Assembly (NCBI GenBank): GCA_038109055.1
Contig: JAYNIM010000002.1
Coordinates: forward strand, 136,002-200,001
Direction: 5' to 3'
Source of the DNA: a bacterium
Lineage (GTDB): Bacteria; Margulisbacteria; Marinamargulisbacteria; GCA-2716485; JAYNIM01
Length of the DNA stretch: 64,000 nucleotides
A model generated the notes under the pieces. It searched no databases, was not told the DNA's origin, and worked only from the letters and a program-made list of their open reading frames with translations. This document shows positions 59,474-64,000 of the stretch, one piece after another (the stretch's first letter is position 1; each line of letters opens with the position of its first letter). The translations under genes were made by a program, and so were the position numbers.

Positions 59474-61089
59474 AGCGTTTCCTCTTCAAAATCATCCCAA
59501 TCAAACTCATCATCAAACTCATCATCATCGACTTCATCAATGACGCTACTGACATTATCTAACGAAATATCTTGAACATCTACATCAGCCTTTGGCACCT
59601 CAGCCCCCTCCTTTATGCCCTCAGGATCAACTCTATCATGAACATGTGACAAAACAGTATCATCAGGGGCCATATCATCCAACGGTTTTTCTTTATTCTT
59701 TGTATCCAAAGAATCAAACGTCAAGTGTGCATCACCATGAGAATCAGAATCCTCATACACATGATCAAAATCTTCCAAACCCATTGGTACCCCATCTCCA
59801 GCCTCATCAACAGCCGCCGAAACAGCGTCATCCTCAACAGGGCTATCCGCCTCTGCTAGAACAGATCTGCTTGTTGTCTCTGAACCATCCAGCATATCGC
59901 CAAAATCTTCTAAACCCATTGGCATTCCATCAACAGCAGCGACAGAGCGAGGTGAAACAACCTTGGCAGAATCTGCATATCCAGGACCATCTTCTATCTC
60001 CGAGGCTTGAATCGCAGCATCAACCGCTGCCCTATCCGTCCTTCTACCCTCATCACCTTTAGATTTTACCGTCTCCCCACCAGTCGAAGCAGGTGAAACA
60101 GATTCGGCTAATTTAAACGAAACAGCACGATCTTCAGAAAAAAGCTGCATTGCATAAGAGCCATTAGTTGTCCCCAGTTGAGCAGGAACAGAAAGAGAAG
60201 AAGTGAAACAAAAACGAGAAAGTTGATTCAAAGATTTATTAAGATGAATGACATCCCCCACAGACAAGGATTGAAACATAGACAAAGGTAAATCCAGGTC
60301 AAAAAACAGCCCTTTACAATCAACTTTAACGTCATTAAGTGTTTCCATAGACAAACGGACAGAAGGAAGCTGATCCTTTTCAACTTTCACTGATTTTTCA
60401 TGCAAAAAGCGTAAAACTTCAGCCGAATAACCTATCTTAAATTGTCCATAGATTTTGGAGGAAAAGGCCAATTGATACCCAAACATAATATAGGCGCACC
60501 TATGGGACAGCTGTTTATCCAAAGAAAGCGTTGAAATACGACAGTCACTCACAACATGATCAGCAGAAAAAACACCTTCCCAAGCATTGATAAAAAAAGG
60601 AAGAAAAAAATGAGCCCCTTCCTGCAAAACTTTACGTTCCACTAATGTAAAGGCAGCATCTAAATCATCAACAGTACTCCCACCTAATAACGAAAAAAGA
60701 AAAAAACGTGCAAACACATTATCCAAAAGCAAGGTTATTTTTCCTACCCCTGCAATGGTAAATACAAGTTGAACATATTCTCCAGGATGTAAGAGTAAAT
60801 AGTCACGATAAACAAATTGAAGAGCTTCTACAGAACACAAATCCACCTTTATACCTAAGGAGTCAGTTAAAGACATAAAGATCTCTCTACCCAAGTCATA
60901 ATGCTTCAAATGAAAATTCTTTAGTAAACTTACAGGGAAACTATTAAAACCTGATTGGTGGATAGAACGAACTTCAAACCCACCATGTAACCCTTCCGGC
61001 TTTAACTGTGTCCAGTCTGGAATCGCTGGAGGCAATTTTATTTGACTATAATAAGATAATTTTGATTTATCTAAAACACACTTATTCAT
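59470..61089 (-). CDS. fliM: FliM-like protein with long acidic C-terminal extension
   Basis: CheC-like middle (LLGG...FTLVE), SpoA domain (LSVGDVIHL...LG....YAMQ); upstream of parA-fliN. Confidence 0.7.
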   Translation of the reverse strand: MNKCVLDKSKLSYYSQIKLPPAIPDWTQLKPEGLHGGFEVRSIHQSGFNSFPVSLLKNFHLKHYDLGREIFMSLTDSLGIKVDLCSVEALQFVYRDYLLLHPGEYVQLVFTIAGVGKITLLLDNVFARFFLFSLLGGSTVDDLDAAFTLVERKVLQEGAHFFLPFFINAWEGVFSADHVVSDCRISTLSLDKQLSHRCAYIMFGYQLAFSSKIYGQFKIGYSAEVLRFLHEKSVKVEKDQLPSVRLSMETLNDVKVDCKGLFFDLDLPLSMFQSLSVGDVIHLNKSLNQLSRFCFTSSLSVPAQLGTTNGSYAMQLFSEDRAVSFKLAESVSPASTGGETVKSKGDEGRRTDRAAVDAAIQASEIEDGPGYADSAKVVSPRSVAAVDGMPMGLEDFGDMLDGSETTSRSVLAEADSPVEDDAVSAAVDEAGDGVPMGLEDFDHVYEDSDSHGDAHLTFDSLDTKNKEKPLDDMAPDDTVLSHVHDRVDPEGIKEGAEVPKADVDVQDISLDNVSSVIDEVDDDEFDDEFDWDDFEEETL

Positions 61090-61715
61090 TATTTAATCAA
61101 TTCAAACAATAACTCCACTTTAGAACCCTTTTCAAAATACAACTCATTTTCAGCTACAAAAATACGACCTTTTTTCTGAGTATAACGTTCACCTGACCCA
61201 TTTGAGTTATATTGACCATTATACTCGGTATAATCTCGATAGGGAATAGTTTCAGAAAAAAGAATAGTAGACTGCTTATCCGAGAAAGAATCTCCAAAAT
61301 CATCTGGAATAGAAGGTTGAGCCAAGGATCCCAAAGGATTTGTACCAAAAGCAGCCATAGACGAATTAATCATAGAGGCCAATTTAAAATCAGATTCCGT
61401 ATAAGCCCGTCGATTAGAACGTGAATTAGACATATTTTTATCATAAAGCAAGGCAGCATGACGCAAACAGAAAATAACTTTAACTTTCTTAGAAAACCAC
61501 CCTCCATCCAACGATAAATAATAGTCGCCATCCTCATTAACAGCAAGCGACTTAGCATAGGAAAACTTTTTCTCGAGCTTTCCATCCTTCATATACAAAA
61601 TTGGCATACGATTATCCAAATAGGTCTCTTTTAAATAGGAAAATATAGAAGATGCCACACAGAAGGAAGAAAAAAAAAATAAAAAGAAAGAAGAATATAG
61701 AAATACTCGAATCAC
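61089..61715 (-). CDS. Hypothetical exported protein
   Basis: Signal peptide; coupled to both neighbours. Confidence 0.7.
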   Translation of the reverse strand: MIRVFLYSSFFLFFFSSFCVASSIFSYLKETYLDNRMPILYMKDGKLEKKFSYAKSLAVNEDGDYYLSLDGGWFSKKVKVIFCLRHAALLYDKNMSNSRSNRRAYTESDFKLASMINSSMAAFGTNPLGSLAQPSIPDDFGDSFSDKQSTILFSETIPYRDYTEYNGQYNSNGSGERYTQKKGRIFVAENELYFEKGSKVELLFELIK

Positions 61716-62347
61716 GAACTGCGATCCTTATTAAACAATGAAAACACACATTGTACATCGCTTACATCAGGCATCTCTTGCTCAATATCCAAAGAAATAT
61801 CAAAAGAAAGTTTTTTCTTTAATCGTTCTAATAAATCCTTTGAATAAAGTTGAAGAGATTGAACCACAGTATGGTCCTTCGAACAAACATAAACTTTTAA
61901 ACCCTGAGACTTAGAGGAATTTGAACGATCAATAAGCAGGGTAAGTGGAGGTTGTTTAAAGTTAAACACGAATTGTGTAGTCGCCGAATCTTTAGAAACA
62001 AAAACCAAGGCATTTTGAATAAAAGAAGTAAGAGGGCCAACAAATGGTTTACGAAGTAAAGGAGGATCAGGCGCATCTATAACAGGCGTAATAGAAGGCC
62101 CCACATAATGAGTTCGATCTTTATCTATATCTAGTGGAGGATCCAAAACCTCGTTAGCATCACGAGAAGGTGCAGTAGACTCAGTGGATTCAATCCAAAC
62201 GCCACCATGGTTTTTAAATTTAGGCGATGAATCAGACGATGAGACTTCCTGCAATAGTTGATCAAAGCCTAACTGTGAAATAGTAAAAGAACGTAAATGT
62301 TTATTAGAAGAAGGTGAAGGAGACTCTGAATGATCAACAGAAATCAT
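61712..62347 (-). CDS. Hypothetical protein, possibly FliK/T3S4-like C-terminus
   Basis: Ser/Pro-rich N-terminal half plus compact C-domain (LKVYVCS...LQ....LLERL); context. Confidence 0.45.
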   Translation of the reverse strand: MISVDHSESPSPSSNKHLRSFTISQLGFDQLLQEVSSSDSSPKFKNHGGVWIESTESTAPSRDANEVLDPPLDIDKDRTHYVGPSITPVIDAPDPPLLRKPFVGPLTSFIQNALVFVSKDSATTQFVFNFKQPPLTLLIDRSNSSKSQGLKVYVCSKDHTVVQSLQLYSKDLLERLKKKLSFDISLDIEQEMPDVSDVQCVFSLFNKDRSS

Positions 62348-63378
62348 TTATGCTTATTTTTACTAAAGCGTTCACGCTCTTTTTTTAAACGATAGCGATA
62401 AGCATCAAAAATTTGACCCAATTTTTTAGAATATCTTTCCTCTCGAATAAACTCTTTACGTAACGAAAATCGTTTAATAGTAGTGAAACCAAGATTTTCA
62501 GCCTGATCATTCAACAAAGAAAGGTCAAAACCAAGATCCTTAACATCCGAAAAAATCATCTCGTGGCAAAAAATTGTTCCCAAATCAAAAACACCCAAGC
62601 GTTTCATGTCATCTAAGTTTACATCCTTATTATAAGGGACCGTAATACCAACATCCGAAGGGAAAGAATCTTTCGCATAGGCTAAAACATCTTGGAACAA
62701 AGAATTTAACGTAGCACGCTTGTTATAATCATTACTATCAAAAGAAAGCACAAATTCATTAATAAAACCGTAGGTTTCAAACAAGTCACATAGTGAGTCA
62801 ATTTTCTTTTTATAAAAAGAAAGAGGTAACTTTTTATGTAAATAAAAACCTGTAGAAACACATAAACCTAATTTCAACGCCCACTCAAGATTTTTTTGCC
62901 TCATAGTCAATTCTTTTTCAAACTGGGAAGTACCAAGAAAAGAGGCATCAGAATCAAAGGTATAATTAATTTTAAAAACACTGATAATTTCTGACAAATG
63001 CTTAAACTCGTGGGGCGTGAGAAAACTTGCTTGCAAAGAAGGGATTAAACCCTCTAGAAAACCAAGCTCAGCAACAGAATACAGATAGTCACCAAAGGAA
63101 TCAAATCCCCAAAGATCCAACAATGAATTTACAGATGAGTAACGATCTGCACGTTCGTGAAAGGTAAGCTGAAACTCACGAATACCCAGGGAACGACACT
63201 TTTTGCAAACCTTAATAATAGAATAGGGTACAACAAGCTTATCCTGCTGATGCAGTCGCTCAAAAAGTTTAATTTTTAAAGCAGGTGAAAAACGAAACAC
63301 ATTATCCGCATCTTCATTAAAAATATCCGCTTCATTCTCGTCACCATAACGTAAACCAAGTCCTTCACTTAAAATCAT
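62344..63378 (-). CDS. CofG-like radical-SAM-fold protein lacking CxxxCxxC
   Basis: ERADRY...WGFDSFGDYLYSVAELGFLEGLIPS, STGF, VPYN, GVFDLG resemble CofG segments. Confidence 0.6.
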   Translation of the reverse strand: MILSEGLGLRYGDENEADIFNEDADNVFRFSPALKIKLFERLHQQDKLVVPYSIIKVCKKCRSLGIREFQLTFHERADRYSSVNSLLDLWGFDSFGDYLYSVAELGFLEGLIPSLQASFLTPHEFKHLSEIISVFKINYTFDSDASFLGTSQFEKELTMRQKNLEWALKLGLCVSTGFYLHKKLPLSFYKKKIDSLCDLFETYGFINEFVLSFDSNDYNKRATLNSLFQDVLAYAKDSFPSDVGITVPYNKDVNLDDMKRLGVFDLGTIFCHEMIFSDVKDLGFDLSLLNDQAENLGFTTIKRFSLRKEFIREERYSKKLGQIFDAYRYRLKKERERFSKNKHK

Positions 63379-63412
63379 AAAACCTCACTTATAATAATGT
63401 AAGTAATCACTA

Positions 63413-63531
63413 TTCTTGGCCAAATCCACTCTCCCACCAGGGTAACCCGGCAGTACCATAGACATGTTAGAGCTTAACTTCTGTATTCGGAATGAGAACA
63501 GGTGTACCCTCTAAATTATATTGACCAAGAA
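63413..63531 (-). rRNA. rrf: 5S rRNA
   Basis: Terminal stem TTCTTGGTC/GGCCAAGAA; ACACCTGTTCTCATTCCGAATACAGAAGTTAAGC core. Confidence 0.95.
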
Positions 63532-63571
63532 TAACGATCACTTTTACTCTTAAATTATAAATCATAAACCG

Positions 63572-64000
<429 letters not shown>

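Noticed and set aside
59592..60062. 156-aa Pro/Gln/His-rich + strand ORF
   Set aside because: Antisense to the low-complexity FliM tail; composition is explained by the opposite strand.
4403..61585. Numerous 60-130 aa ORFs nested in or antisense to long genes
   Set aside because: No motifs, and expected by chance given the strong strand bias.

Overview
AT-rich window from a diderm bacterial chromosome. The best guess is a non-photosynthetic relative of Cyanobacteria such as Ca. Margulisbacteria, inferred only from gene content and the tmRNA tag. All family assignments are by eye from motifs; no searches were run. Most of the window is housekeeping: leuC, tmRNA, dnaB, hemA-hemC-cobA/hemD-hemL, uvrA, hisH, nadA, tRNA-Thr, rho, pyrD, hemW, ligA, amj, secG-bamA-skp, thrS-infC-rpmI-rplT, lysC, lspA, pgk-gap, and the 3' end of an rRNA operon. 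Four things stand out. (1) A split, strongly remodelled flagellum-derived machine. One operon (12010-16050) encodes a TPR/SPOR-like protein, an apparent FliF(RBM3)-FliG fusion, MotA and MotB, with the usual torque residues lost on both rotor and stator. A second operon (52305-63378) encodes FlhA/FlhB/FliR/Q/P/O/N, a FliM lacking the CheY-binding peptide, a Soj-type ParA, a truncated sigma28-like factor and a Cys-motif-less CofG-like protein. No rod, hook, flagellin, ATPase or che genes occur in the window. (2) A ~3.1 kb decayed element integrated at the tmRNA 3' end, with three nonsense-disrupted genes but an intact MBL-fold cargo gene. (3) Three intact apparent pseudo-enzymes (AlsD-like, CofG-like, PlsY-like). 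(4) Very strong strand asymmetry (+ strand A/C-rich) that visibly shapes protein composition. No CRISPR array was seen.
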